A DNA stretch of 63,290 nucleotides, filler included, from Perkinsus chesapeaki ATCC PRA-425 (GCA_013115145.1; 6 parts of 6 records of this genome joined end to end with filler, not necessarily neighbours in it), one strand, 5' to 3'; positions 1 through 14,016 are shown, numbered from the whole stretch's first letter. The notes: generated from the letters alone by a model not told the origin. Translations and numbers: made by a program.

Positions 1-627
1 CCAGTTTTCGAACACACTGTTTGAAATGGTTAGTTTCTTTTACTGGACTGATTGAGCACAGCCACGCGTTTTATGGAGAATTTGATAGCGGAAAGTGCAC
101 CACGCGACATCTACAGATGCGCGGCGCCCTGGACAGGCAAAAATATCTACGACGAATTCCTTCTCTCCGAAATTCCAGGCCGCGCTTCACTGTATGCCAA
201 TAAAATGAAATATGTCTCCATGAGGAGGCTCTTCTTCAACATTCCTTCTTTCATGAACATCTCTAGGATATCTCCTCCCCATCAACCATCCCAACTTACT
301 CAGCATCACCAACATCGACCGGCTTAAGCCTGCCAACACCTTGCCCGACACCTGCGAATTTTTGAGGTAAAATCATTAGTAATACAAACCACTTCGAACA
401 CAGAGTGTGCTTGCTCAGTCACAGACTTCTACACCGCCATCGAGTGTAGCTACTTCATGCATGACACCTCCTGTCCCTTTGACGGGGAAGGCATGATGTG
501 TATTCTTGTCGCGTTAACGATTGATAGCGTATAACAACTTGTTGGAATGTATGCATCCCCTCACCTACACATCTCGACGAATCAGGAAAATCCCGAAGAA
601 ATCTTACAGAATTTCCGCCGATTTTAC

Positions 628-745
628 CAATGCGCAAATGCGTTCCATAATGCTCAGATTGCTGTGGTGAGAAATTTGAAATTCTCGTGTCCGGAACTGA
701 CCCATCTCAACCAGCCTCCGCTTCCTACCGTGCCAGTTTAGTGTT
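628..745 (-). CDS. Probable coding exon of an unidentified multi-exon gene running off the window start
   Basis: Open stretch TLNWHGRKRRLVEMGQFRTREFQISHHSNLSIMERICAL followed by a GT donor at 627; no family motif recognised. Confidence 0.3.
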
Positions 746-1391
746 TTTCCCGCAAAATTTCCGAAAAACGCGAGAAATTTTCTATTTTTTTCTCAAAAAC
801 CCAAAGGAAATTTTTCAGAACAGCCTGATTCCGAAAAAAAAGATACAAGAATGAATGCGCGCATATTCCTACTTGCGTCGAGGCGAAAAAATTTTCACGT
901 TTTCCCGAAAGAAATCCACAATAATTAACTGACTAAACTCAGCACCTTTTCATTATACTGTATTATCAACATTATTACTCCTATTATCATATGGGTCGCC
1001 TCACTATACATAACTGCACAAGCGGTAATCATCAGCAAATCGATTATTAGCAGGGCGCGCGCTACTTACAACACTAGCACTGCGCAGTCGCCAGTACAAA
1101 ATAAAATTAACGGATGAATTGCGTTATCAGGTGGTGATCGTCGTCGTAGCAGTTTTCTAATGAACCAGAAATGGGGAGGAGGCATTTAGTAGGAAATATG
1201 AGATAACACGATCATAGCAAAGGAGGAGAAGGACAGCAAGTATTCCGGGAGGAGGAGGGGAAAAGGGACAAATGACACAATAAACTTGCACGCATAAACA
1301 ACAATTAGTAGTAGTAGGAGCAGTGCTAATAACAGGAAGGCTTTAAGGCTCCCGATAAACGTAATAGTGCAGCATGACGGAAAAATGAAAA

Positions 1392-4300
1392 TTAGCGTAT
1401 CTGAAAAAATAAAGAATAACATTTTACTAGTGTAAAAATAAAGGACAATCGAACAAAATTATATGATAACATCAACCGTTGAGGAAATGCAAGATCGCAA
1501 GATTTCCCTACCCTGTTCTGAGCTCTCTTCTTAGGTGAAGATGTGCTAGAGCCACTACGATGACGGCCGCCGCCGCCGGCCGACCAAGCACTCCTCGATG
1601 GGTAATACTGCCCGACTACTCCGTGATGATGATGATGACAATCCTCACCACCACCGCCGCCAGCCTGTCCACTCATCAAGAAATGCTCTTTCATTTGAAT
1701 TTCGAGGAACCCCTGAGAAGAAAACCATTAATAAAATTAAGAGGAATAAAAAATTAACAAAAAAAATATCCGACAATTTTTTCCGATCGATTTTACAATT
1801 CTCCATAAGGAATGTGCCGCAGGAAAATCCGAGGAGTCCTCGGCGAGGACCATCTCACAGTTGTTTTCTCCTCCTCACCGGATCGCCACGATGCTTCTTC
1901 ACGTTAAAGTCCCTCCAGTCAGAGTAAATTTTCTTCAATAAACTTGCAGTCTCCGCGACAGCTTTATCATACCTGAAAGCATCACCCCAAATTCAAAGTT
2001 AATATAGGAAAAGTCGGTATGACTACCAATATTTACGCAATCATTAATAATATATATCCAAAGCCGTTGGCGAACTCTGATTTTTAAAATGGTAATTTAT
2101 CCATCAAGTTGGTGGCATCGCCGATTGCTCTCGCGCATCGGATCCCGGTATGAAATTTGAGGGGGATGGAAGAAAATCGAAAACTTGAAGATTAAAAAGG
2201 GACAATTGCACACAGTGGCTTTCTCAATTTAACTACATTTTCACAATTTTAAGCAGCGGTGGATGATATTTACCACCGCCGCTCTCCCCGCCCAACACAA
2301 TCGCTACACCACTTGGAGCCCCTCAAAGATTTATCCCGCAATTCTTGCTCCTCTTATGCCAACAATCGCTTGCCGAACTAAATCATGTCGTGAATTTCAC
2401 GAAACAGGGATCATTTCTTTTTGCTTTTCCCCAGTGTGCGGCGGTAGATATCCGACCGCTCGACTTGTTCCTGCCCCATTCCTGCCGCCAGTGACTCACC
2501 CGTCCCTAGTTAGACAACTGATACAAAGATGTAAAGGGTCCGGTGATTCCGTACGCCCCGCACCTTCAAGATACCTAACGAGCAAGAGAATGTTGATAAA
2601 AATGTACACAATTGCCCCCGATTTTCTTCCCACTAACTTTTCTGAAGACATGAGCTAACATAAAGTGTTGTTGCTGGAGAGCCAGGAATTTTTCTCGTAA
2701 AAAAATCAGATCGCCTAAACCTGAAGGTAATCGTTCTTTTTTGCTCCGTTGGAAAAATTTGCCGCATTAAGTCCCATTTTCCTAAGGAGATCACTCTGCC
2801 TCCTCCGGAGCAGCTCACCCTGATCCTTGACCACGCAGTCTCAGCTTCGCATTGGAAACATTGACGATCTTCTTCATATTAGATCCCTTCTGGCCGATAA
2901 TCCTCCGGGCAACCTGCAACAGCAAACCGAGGATAGTGCTGTTGCTTGCTCACTCCTGTCGAAGACCATTTCACGAGCCAATTCATGCAATCGAGTTACA
3001 CGTCTTAGTTGTGCAACTTCAAAGCCAATAGATTTTGAAAGAACTACAAACTCACTACAAATCCAAGCAAACAAGCATCCGCCGGTTCGGTGCCACAAAT
3101 CCCCCTAGCGTAAAATCCAACCGGAGTCTCGAGAACCCCCCTCGTCAACCACTGATGAGCAACCCCACAAGAAGAAGTTAACCTTTATGAACCAGAAGAG
3201 CGTGATCCGATCCTACCTGGAAGTCTTTGTCATTTTCGATCCCGATATCAAATCGGCAGGTGTATTTGCGAACACTTCCGCCGCCGGCGCCGTTGGCGAT
3301 CTTCGAAGGTGATGATGACCCTCGAGGACCTTTGTTCCGCCCCACTGGTGACGTAACTTGATAGGAGGAAAAATAAGAAGATTTTCCGGAAAAATCGGAA
3401 ATTACGGGGGAAAAATTTTGTCGAGAAACTAACCGGGTTTAACAAATATAATATAGTAATGCAAGATGATAATGTTTCACAAAAAAACGTCAAAAATCTG
3501 TATGAAAATCAATGAAAAATTCCTGTACATAAATGCGTAAAAAATTCCGTGAACCATGACGTGATAATTGGTGAAAATCAGTCACAAATGTAGAGAGATT
3601 CGAAAGCCATCTCCACGAGGAAAAATGAGGAATGGCAACCGGGGAAAATGAGGGAAATTGTTACCTTCGGGGAGTGCTGCGCCATCGCCGAGTAACCCCT
3701 TGCCCGCACTGTTCTTCACTTTAGCCGGTATCATCATGGAAGATGATGATACATCAGATCCCTCCGACAGGAGCCTAACCAATCGACGAGAATTAAGGAG
3801 TGATGATACAACCGCGGGTAATCATACAAAATGACAGAAATACGTTCCTAATCGAAAAGTGCTCTTAATGCGGGAGGGATATAATAGAAAATACGTTATT
3901 ACACTAGTTGGATGAACCTTCTCAGTGATGCTATTAAAAAACGACAAGAACCAATACGACGAACTTCCCTTCCATAATCTCCTTATTTTCGTATCTTTTC
4001 CAATCATAAATGTCAAAGTTGCCGGTGCCAAGGAAGAGGAAGAGGAGCTCCCAATAGGGAAGACCACTAGACTAACAATTCTTCGCAGTGCGCAAAGATT
4101 CCCCGATAAATTCGACATATGCCGGTATCGAACCCACTCCCTTTTACTTCGATACGTCATCTTCCATCTTTTCCTTAGTAACATCACCCGACAATGATGA
4201 AACCTCTGAAAAATGTAAAATAGCCATTCTTCGTTGAAAATGTGAAACAAAAAACGCTTCGCTCCGCCTTATTCCCACCTCCAGTACTAATTCCTTTTCC

Positions 4301-6310
4301 TGTATCATCTGGTTGCTGCTGCTGCTCTTCTTCCTTTTCTTTTTCCTCCTCCTCATCTACTTGATCATCCTCATTGTTGTTCTCATCATCATTATAATGT
4401 GGTGCTTCACAAGCCGCCGCTTCAAAGAAGTTCTCAACATCCCACTCGGTGAGCAGTCTGTTGTATTTCTGTCCATCGGAAGGTTCGGGGTTCGATCCCG
4501 CCGCCGCCGGGGGCACCACCCAGTCATTTTCTCCACCATTAGTGCTTTCTGATTCCACTCTCGCGGGAATGCCAGGCGGTGGAGTATTCACAACCGCAGG
4601 TGCTGCTGCTGCTTCAACCTAAGATATGCACGCATGCGCAAAGATATTTACACAACCCAAAAGCTTGAGATATAAGATAGCTCTGTTGGTCCGAAAATTC
4701 AGAGTTATAAAAATTTCTACTGTGCATTATAACTGGAACTTTTTCCCCAAAATTTCCCATTCGACTAAATTTCATTGAAAGATGTCGGAACTCTCTCGAA
4801 TAAATTAATCCCGAGTTGTTAATTATTTCCCACATCAAGCGTAACCAATAAAATGGTGAAATGCAAACTTTGAGATTTCCTAAAAATCGCACGCCTCACT
4901 TTTTTCTCCATCCGTGGGATCATAGGGAAAAGTCCCCATACCACTCGAAGGACTCCTTCAACGCCGTTAAGCACCTGCACATAACCGTGCGTGAAGAAGT
5001 CACAGTTCCGAAGTTCTTCGCCCACTTTTCCGTCTAAGCCTTGAATGGCCTCCTGAGCAGCTTCAGGTGCGAAGAAGTTGACTTGTGCTGTATTGTTGTC
5101 GGGAGGGAGGACGCTGACGCTTCGGAGGTCACCGTAACGGCGGAACACCTGCAATGGTCCTGCGGAAAATTTTCAAAAATTCCCGTAAAATTCCCAGAAT
5201 ATTCGCTCCTTCGGAATAAAGGATGTTTCCCGAAATGTAGTAAAACATTTCCAAGTATTCATTTCAGTGGGAAAAGGAAACCTATGCGAAATCTATCAAG
5301 AATCCAAATTCTCTATTTTCTCTGGTTCGATAGTCTATGAGTATCCCTCCCCACTGAACCACAATAGTAGATGTTGTCAAGTGACCAAGTTAAAGCTTAA
5401 GACACCTCTACAAAGCGATTACTACATCACTATCGAGGAGGAACATTTTAATATTTCTCACGCGCCAATTAATTTGTGTTACTTTTTCAATATCATCTTC
5501 GGTGAGCTGGAAATTATAATATACTCCTTCGACTGTGACGGTGACTCCGCAACCATCGTTCGAATTTGCAATCGTTGGGTCTCCGATATAGTAGTCTCCA
5601 GCAGCAGCCGGTTGTTGTTGCCAAGCAGCAGATGATGGCCACATGAAAGCCGATGCCTCTGAGCCTGAACAAATTCTCGACGTTTCTTCCGAGCAAGTTG
5701 GTGAAATTTTAAGAATCATTCGGAAAGGTAGGGTTCGAAAGATTTGGAAAATGAGTAAAAATATCTTGAGACGGAGATCCAGGATTTCGCCGTTTTCGTT
5801 TGCATTTCTTGCGTCAGTAACTGTTTCCCGAATTTCTCCTGAAAGTTCCAAAAATTTTCGGCAAAAATATTCTGAAGAAGAACTCACCCCTAGACGCGAT
5901 ATTCTCCGTGTTCATGAACTGTAGGAGTTGACGTACCGCTTCAGTTTGCTGAGGTTGACCCTGAAATATCTAACCTTGAAGCCTGCAAGATACATAATAG
6001 GTTGTTTCTCACCTGCATACCCCGTGATAGAAGAGGGACAGAGTCGAAATGAGTTGCAGTTTGAGGAAATGCACCATTTTCGTAGTTGTTGAAATCATCG
6101 AATGGCGGATAAAGGGGAGGTAGAGGAGGAACCGGATGGTTCATCGGCACACCTGAGAAATCTATCTATAAATTCTTATCCGATAATCGGGAACATGTCT
6201 TCATTCAGCAGCTTTACAAAAATGTATTGCAAGTAGGGTGAGATACAAAAGGAGGAAGTTCCAGGAAGGATGTTAGGAGGTGGCCCAGAAGGAATGGGCC
6301 ATGGGGCCAT
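1392..6310 (-). CDS. Multi-exon RNA-binding protein with an RRM and an SF1/KHDC4-type KH domain (5' end uncertain)
   Basis: Hand-spliced exons. RRM: ...VEGVYYNFQLTEDDIEK|VFRRYGDLRSVSV...AQVNFFAPEAAQEAIQGLDGK|VLNGVEGVLRV (5650-4930). KH: KYTCRFDIGIENDKDFQ|VARRIIGQKGSNMKKIVNVSNAKLRLRGQGSG|YLEGAGRTESPDPLHLCISC...|YDKAVAETASLLKKIY (3290-1900). GT-AG junctions are in phase. Confidence 0.85.
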
Positions 6311-7427
6311 GATCCCAATTCTTATTACATCTCCTACCCCTCCGCCACCGCACTGACCTCTCCATTGTGAGGCTTGATTGCTACTTGGTGGATTAACAGA
6401 ACGAAAATTTGGAGCGCAGCGGCTCTGGGGGATCTGCGCTAGGAGGGAGGTTGTGTGAGAGGCTTTGAAGATGAGCCCCAAACACGTCACTAGAACGATA
6501 TTACCACTGTTCAAGTGCGCGAGTAGAATTTTTGGAAATATGTATAATATTAAAACGACATAATAACCTATTATTGACAAATGATATATCCCACCGCTTT
6601 GAGTTCAGTAGTTACTATGACGCCGATGCGAAATGATAGTAGCTCCACCAGCAACTTTTAGGGAATATTGTCCAGAATTCGGGATTGTATGGCGAGTTTC
6701 ACAATCCATAGACCCCACTTTATCAATTTAATGTCAGTTTCGTACGGTATTGAATATATTAAGATAAAGAAGTAAAATAGATAGATAAGTGCTGAGAGAA
6801 ATGATACATATATTGAAATTAATAATAATAAGATATAAAAAATAATAAGAAGAAAAACATATACTATTCTAATAATATATTATAAATAATGTTCTATTTC
6901 ATTGCGTCGGGCTGTATTTCATAACCATACTGGAAGTTTGACTCTTCATAAATTTAGAGTAATGATTGCCAATTGTAATTAGCAGTAACGAAGACTCACC
7001 AGCAGCAGCAGCAGCCGACATCTCAGTAGAGGTCCTTGACCAATAATTATCATCCAAATAATTCTTCATATTAGACGAGCCTTGCAAAGGGGGAGGAGCT
7101 TGCTGAGATTGTTGTTCGTTATTAATAATCATATAATTATATTAAATGCGTTGTTCTTGTTAATTATAGAGCTGACACCTCTAGCTGTGGGAAGGTATTA
7201 GGTAGAAGTGATCCTATAGACAGTCCCAATCGGGAAAATCGTTAACTAAAAACCGCGCGACCATTAGCTCGAGCTCAACCTATTTCGTATCTTGCATGCT
7301 CCAACCAGGGATACACCCGCTATATATTTCAATGTAGATGTCCCCAAGCCCATTCTCTACTTTATAAACAGCAAAATAACTCCTATTTAACAAAAGATTC
7401 GTAAACACTTTAACTATCAAAATAAGC

Positions 7428-7467
7428 TAGCGCGAAGATGGCGCAGGTTCGATCCCCGGTGGCGACA
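7428..7467 (+). other. tRNA-like T-arm/B-box fragment (possible tRNA-derived SINE remnant)
   Basis: GCGCAGGTTCGATCCCCGGTGGCGA contains a Pol III B-box (GGTTCGATCC). No full cloverleaf can be folded. Confidence 0.25.
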
Positions 7468-7893
7468 TTTCTCCTGTAGTTTTTAACAGCGCAAGATCTC
7501 TTATAAATAAAATGTCCAGTGAGTAGAATCTCTAGAATCTGCAATGAAATGGACAGTTCATTATTTTATAATGCAAGATGCACCTCATGGAGCTGGCATG
7601 GGGACAGGTTACGAAATAGGCAAAGTACGACAAGAAAAATCCATTCAAAATTGAACTTATTGTAAAATACTAACGACGTAATAAATAGAAATATATATGA
7701 AACAGCACCTCATCGCTGGATTCTCTCTCCAGTAAGCTCGTCATTAGATGGATTCTGAAGTCTACTCTTAGGCGATATTTTCCTGGGTATTTTTTTGCGG
7801 AAATTTTCGACTTTTTAGGCATTTCTAATTCTTATACAGCTTTGCCCATTTTTCGTTCCTTCCTGCGTAAATTTCCTTTTTGTATCTATATAG

Positions 7894-10800
7894 GTTCTCG
7901 GCCGTGGTTGTGCTGGTACAGTTTATCAAGTGACCCGACTGGAAGATGGTAAAGTGATGGCTATGAAATGCATCAATTGTGACGGTCTCGATGACGTCGT
8001 GGCGATGCAAGCATTTCGTGAAGTAAGAAGACAAACACAGAAAAACTAGGAAAATTTAAAAGAATATTTTTCGACAATCTGTAGAGTGCGCGGAGACAAC
8101 GCGACAATTTTCAGGTATCAACTATGCAGCAGTGCATGATCGAGCATGAGACCTTAGAGGAGCCACAGACGGTGAGAAATCCTCATTGGTGTTCAACACT
8201 GTAGAAAGATGCTCGCCTTGGTAGGCCTTGAACGAATTTCTTCGTGTTGGAAATTCGCAATTTTCCCTCAAAATCCTCCACGCTGCTGCAGTTGACCCAC
8301 ACCAAAGAGAAATGTGTCATCGCCATGAGCCAGCCGAGCGGCGGCGGCGGCGGCAATCTAGAATCGGCAATAGCCGATTTATAATTTTTTAAATTGAAAA
8401 CTTAACTATTGTATATTATTCTGTTTTCTGGGTAAACTAGTGTGGTGAGAAAAGAAAGTCGGAAAAATGATACAGATAGAATTTTTCCGGCGAAGATTGC
8501 ATGAAAGCTATTAAAAAGGAATCGACATTTTCCCCCATTTGGAACGAATTAGCTGCATCAGAACTGAGCCACGGGGAATAGGAAATCGATCAGTTGATCG
8601 ATTCGTGCTCTCAAGATACCGTGGATAGTTCTTGTCGATGAATGCTGGCTTGAAGACGTCGGTGGACCGAATAGACAATCTCAGGTGAGAATCTTAGCTT
8701 GAAATCAAAATTTCGAAATTGACCACAAAATATCCTTTATAGTGCGATACATCGCAGTGCTGGAGTATCTTTTGAGCTGCCTTACATAAGCGATAGCTGC
8801 GGAGCTACGTGAATAATACTTTACTTGGGTAACCAGGAGAATTTTTCCGAAAATTTCCCAAAAATTTTCTGATTCCTCATCGACGCGAGCAGAGGCACTG
8901 AGCAACGTGAGTGTTATCATATTATTTCTCACTGCTATGACGGATTACGAGTTGCTCCAGTATTTAGAGAAATTAATGACTTTTCAAACGATGATACATC
9001 TTTGTTGGTTTCCGTTATTCTATCGGTTTCCTCAACCTTTTTCCTGTCAGGAACTGAGTTCCTGGAAAAGTAATCTATTAATATCTGATCTGTAAGAGAT
9101 TAATAATCGGCCTGAATTCCGATATTTCATAGCAAAACGAATACTGGGGGATTTATCAAATATTTTTGTTCACTTTTGAGGGTCACGGAGACTCCAGTTG
9201 TGGGTGAGAATACGTTCAATCACTTTTAAGAATCACGCGGTTCTCCCCTTCTCACGAAAAACATGGTCCATTAAGTGGACTCCACTCCCCACATGTCGAA
9301 TTTCGCGTAACATGCACCAACTGGCGAAACTGCAACCATATCGTTGCCCACTTGCTGCCCTAGAACCCGTCTACGTTTGATATTGCCTCGTTACTAATGT
9401 GGGAAAACTGGTCCCTGAGCGATCTAAAATTAATTTTTGGTGAAATATTTTTTGTCAGGTTATCATTGTGATGGAAATGGTAGATGGTTTCACGCTCGCA
9501 CAGTATCTCCAGAAGTTGTCGAATCCAAGAGGAAGTAAGTTGGGGAATTTATTTATATGAGGAGGTGTCGCTGACGTACTTCATCATGTCAGTATTATGA
9601 TCATCTGCTGTTTGAAGGAGGAGGAAATTTTGTAGAAATCTCAGAAAAAAATACTGAGAATTTTTCACTCTTCTAGGGGACTGATTTTTTTAAGATTCGG
9701 TGAGGAGGGCAGACAGATATCCAATAGTAGAATTCATTTGCACGCATCCACATGAGTTTTAGGAAAGCGAGCTGGCGATAGCGATGACGAGGGTGACGAA
9801 CCGAGGGTGCCGACGAAGACGGTGTATCGATGGCTAAGTCAAATTTTGGTGTCATTGGCGATTATGCACCGAAATAGAGTTATTCATAGGGACTTGAAAA
9901 CAGATAATGTAGGGGAATCACGGCGCAGGTTCGATTCTTGGTGAGGGCGTTTTTCAGATTCTGGTGACGAAGGATTTGCAGGTTGCTAAAGTATGTGATT
10001 TCTCGGTGGCACGAGTAATTGATCAGAAAGGAGGACTTTTGACGGGATATGTTGGTAAGCATTGAAAATTAGTTAGAGTATCCTGAAGTAGGGTGAGGTT
10101 CATTATTACTATTTTTTGCCCCCCAAATAATAATATAGTGTCACGCTTTTTCGATAATTCTCGCCTGTATGGCTGCTGCTGCTCACCCGCGTTGCTCATC
10201 ACATCCTACTATAAGTCTACTGTCCAAGGTTTCTAGGCTCAACCCGTTCTGGTTGGTGATAACTGGAAAAAAGCTGCTGCCAAATTGCTGAATGAAATAT
10301 CACAGCTTAGTATCGAACTCGAAATACAACTACGACTAATTGGTCTAATTGAGTAATAATGTTGGTACCTAGTGTAAAGGAACAACTTTTAACAATTTAT
10401 ATTCACAAATCTCATAATAGAATTGACATTTCGATGCACCACCGTGTCGCCCTTTTGCAGGGAAACTATATTAATTATGTAAACGTGTTACTGTTATTCT
10501 CCTCATCTCTCTCCTCATTTCTCTCTTCCAGGTACCCCAAACTACGCAGCTCCTGAAGTGATAACTGGACGAGTTTACGACACTCCTTGTGACATGTGGT
10601 CACTTGGTTGTTGTTTATATGAAATGTTAGCATTAAAGCAATGCTTCAAAGTAAGTTTTTGGATTTTCCCGAAATTTTCCGAATATTTTCCGTTTTTTTC
10701 AACTTTTTTTCAACTTTTTTTCAAAAATTAGAAATTAAAAATCTAAATTGAAATAATGTACTGGAAATGTATTCAAAATTTGTGATTCACAAATTTTGAA

Positions 10801-13130
10801 ATATATTTTACCGATTTTTTTTCTGATATTTGTGCCAAGGACTTTTTGGTCAATGGGATGATAACCGACGCAGTGCAAATCGTCAATCTGGGCGAGCGCT
10901 TCTGTCGTTGCAGGGGCCACCGTTGGAGATTGTGAAGAATATTCAAAAGGGGATTATACCAGCTCTACCGGATGACGTGGATTCATCGCTTGATATGATG
11001 TGCCACAGGTAAGATGAATTTTGTGGCGCGCGGGAAAATAAAGATTCAGGTTGCTGAATCCTAACCCAGCGAAGAGGCCGACTGCGATAGAACTTTGCAG
11101 GCATCCAGCGATGAGAGTTCATATAGCGAATCTTATCAAGAGCGTAAGTCACGCGCCACGAAATTGCCATGGTCTAGCATCCGTATTATCACCCTTTTTT
11201 CCGCGATTTGAAAAAATAGCGAATTTATTTCTCTGCTTTGTCCAATCCGTCCGATTACGAAATATATGACTATCTAATCTTTGTAGGGAAATCCTTATTT
11301 TCCTGTCAGGTTCCACATATGTGTAATGTGATCAGTGAAGTTCTCGGTGTCCCACTTCCTCCCGAATTGCAGCCGATTGTGAACGAGAGGTTGGCGAAGC
11401 TAGCCGAGAGGAGAGAGGAGGAGCGAAAGAGATTGGTAGGTGATGACAAGTGTGGGAATCGAACGTGCGACCTGGAGCTTGGTAGGGGATATGATATAAG
11501 GTTTGATAGAGATTGTGCAGAAAAATGTATTGACTATGAAGTTTTCAAACTACTTCTGGAAGCATTCTATACTACTAGTATTAATAAAATTATTATAACT
11601 ATTATTATAAAAAGTTTATTAGTATTCTATAAATTTTTTTGGAATACATTTTTCTTAGTCTTCCTCTGATTTTTGCTATCCACGAGTATGTGCTGATTCT
11701 ATGGATATTGCCCCTCACTTTATTCATATCACGAATTTCTGAGCAGCTTTTAGGGTGGTTGAACTTTTTATATTACGTGGAGTTGTTATTGTGAACCTGC
11801 TGTGATGCCGTATATTTAAGTGTCAATTGCACCCTTGTTGAATTCTCCTCTGTCCACTTAACGAAAAATAATAAGTTTTGATGAAAGGCAACGAGAAAGC
11901 AGAGAGCGCTGTGAACAGAAATAAGATTCTTTTTGCGCCACCTCAGGCAGAATCGGAAGAGTACGATGAGTATGAAGATGAAGAAGGGTTTGGTGTGGAA
12001 ATGCAAGAGAGTGAGTCACCCTGGGTCACCATTCATAGTGGCGTGTTCGCTCGCTTCCGTCCTCGAGCGGCTGTGTGGTCTAGTGGTATGATCCTCGCTT
12101 CGGGTGCGAGAGGCTCCCAGTTCGATTTCCGGCTCAGCCCCTTCGTAATGCAATCAGGTAGAAGACTATCATCCGACAAAAGCGACCATGTCAGCGGCGA
12201 AGCCAAAATGAAACGTCAAAGTCTAACAAGACACAGCATACAGTCCTTCAGCAGCGATAGAGAGCACTCGGGTTCGAATCTTGCCGAGCAGGTCGCCGCT
12301 GTGGCCCAAAAACTCCACCTATCCGAGAGTGAAGGGACCCCTAGTGAGGCCGAGGAAACACCAAAAAGGAAGGCCGCGGTCGCGGCGGATTTTGTGAGCA
12401 ATTTGGACGGCGGCGTGGAGGAGTTGATGAATCATGGCTTTGAAATTGATGAAGATGTCGACTTCGATGAGTTGCTAATCGAACAGGACGAGGAACTGCA
12501 AGTGTCGATTGTGGCGCTTCTGCAAGGAGCTTGGGAGGCCACTGGCGACATGGCATTTTCGGTGAAGGAACTGGATGTCGAATGCGAGGAGGACGGTAAC
12601 GTTCATTTGAGAATTCAGCGAGCACACAGACGAGGGAATCCGGAACGATCAGAGTTTTTGCTGAATGATGTCTGGGTCATGGTTAAGGGAGAGACGAGCT
12701 TTCTGCCACCACAGGTGAGTATCTTCATTTTCGTCGTAGTGCGTGAAATCGTATCTTCAAATCCTCTATAGTGCGTAGAGACGTATCTCCATATCCTTCG
12801 TAGTACGTACGATAGTATCTCTCATTTCTTCACCGTGCGTGAAAGAGTATCTTTCCTTCTTAGTATGTGACATGGCAAAGAGTTGACCAACAGGATCTGC
12901 CTTCGCCTGACATTATGTGTTGGATGAGACCCATCGCAGTAAGCGTGCCATTGGGTTTCATTTCATACCACACTTTCCTCAAATCAGGCGCCGACCAAGC
13001 CGCCACCATCCTCTCAACCTCGACGACGTTCAGTCAGTTCCCAAAAGACCGTAGCTGGCGGAAAGGCTAACGCAGTGAGCGCAGCCCCGCCTTCCGGGGA
13101 CTCGGTTAACGTTGCCGAGGTCACACTACA
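7894..13130 (+). CDS. NEK-like Ser/Thr protein kinase, multi-exon, with a long acidic/low-complexity C-terminus (both ends uncertain)
   Basis: Spliced motifs: VLGRGCAGTVY...MAMK (7894-), VIIVMEMVDG (9460-), IHRDLKTDN (9885-), VCDFSVAR (9991-), GTPNYAAPE...DMWSLGCCLYEMLALK (10531-), LLNPNPAKRPTA (11050-). C-terminal exon at 11947-12713. Confidence 0.9.
12737..12871. repeat. Degenerate 32-bp minisatellite, about 4.3 copies, in a kinase intron
   Basis: Units start at 12737, 12769, 12801, 12833 and 12861, sharing TAGTRCGT...GTATCT. Confidence 0.75.
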
Positions 13131-13994
13131 TGTCCACTCAATTCTTGGGCATGTCTTGGTTCAATGCGGCCTAGCATTGGAGCTCGAGAAGATAGAAGTA
13201 AGATACAAGTTTACGATCGGTACGGTCGGAAGGTACGCAAAAGCTTCGAGAATTTTTTTGGCGAAATTCACCCGGCCTTGTCGTATTTATTGTGGTATCC
13301 TGTGAGGGGATTTCAGGAAGGATAACTGAACTACGATAGTCACATAGTTTATTGGAAGGACTGAGGGACTTTCCCGGCTTCAATAATGTACCAGATGTTA
13401 GCCGCTTTGTCTAAGTTCCTTAGCTTAGTGAGATGCGCGTGGCTATCCTCGTATACTGACATGTGTCTGCCTGGCCAAAAAAGAGCCGCACGAAATAGGA
13501 ATGGGTGAAATTTTGAATACAAAAATAGAAATGCTCTCTATGAAATTAGAGATAGACACAAATGTTTACTGGCACTACGGCACATGGCACTACGGCAGAC
13601 GGAAGTAGAATGTTGCTGAGTGAATTCCGTTTTCTTTTCCGTGGTTGGCGAGTTCGCCTGACGCCATCGTGTTGCAGACGTCTACACTCTTGATCTTGCT
13701 ATGCAGAGCTCTATGGCAAAGTGACAAAACCCTATCAACTCTAGGTTATAGAAGATATCTCTCATTGAACCAACCAAGAATATTGGCGTTAACTTAGTGC
13801 CACTAAGCATGATCCGGGAGACTCCCCTGGGTCATACTCTTCATCTCGGCCCTCAAGCTTGACAATACTCTCGAAGCTTTCAAGAACTCGGAGGAGTCTC
13901 CCGGACTCCGGATGGAGTCCATCGCGGAGTCCCACCCTGATCTTGTGAGGAGAATTGAGGTCCAATCCTCTTTATCGTGATACCGGACAGTAGC

Positions 13995-14016
13995 GTCACT
14001 TCAAGTGACTCACTTG
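13995..14016. other. 7-8-7 inverted scar (8-mer GTCACTTG)
   Basis: GTCACTT + CAAGTGAC + TCACTTG, perfect. Confidence 0.8.

Noticed and set aside
7440-9935. Identical 14-mer GGCGCAGGTTCGAT at 7440 and 9922
   Set aside because: Several 14-mer matches are expected by chance in 63 kb; the flanks do not align.
13570-13599. 15-bp tandem duplication TGGCACTACGGCA(C/G)A
   Set aside because: An ordinary slippage-type duplication, with no inverted component or functional context.
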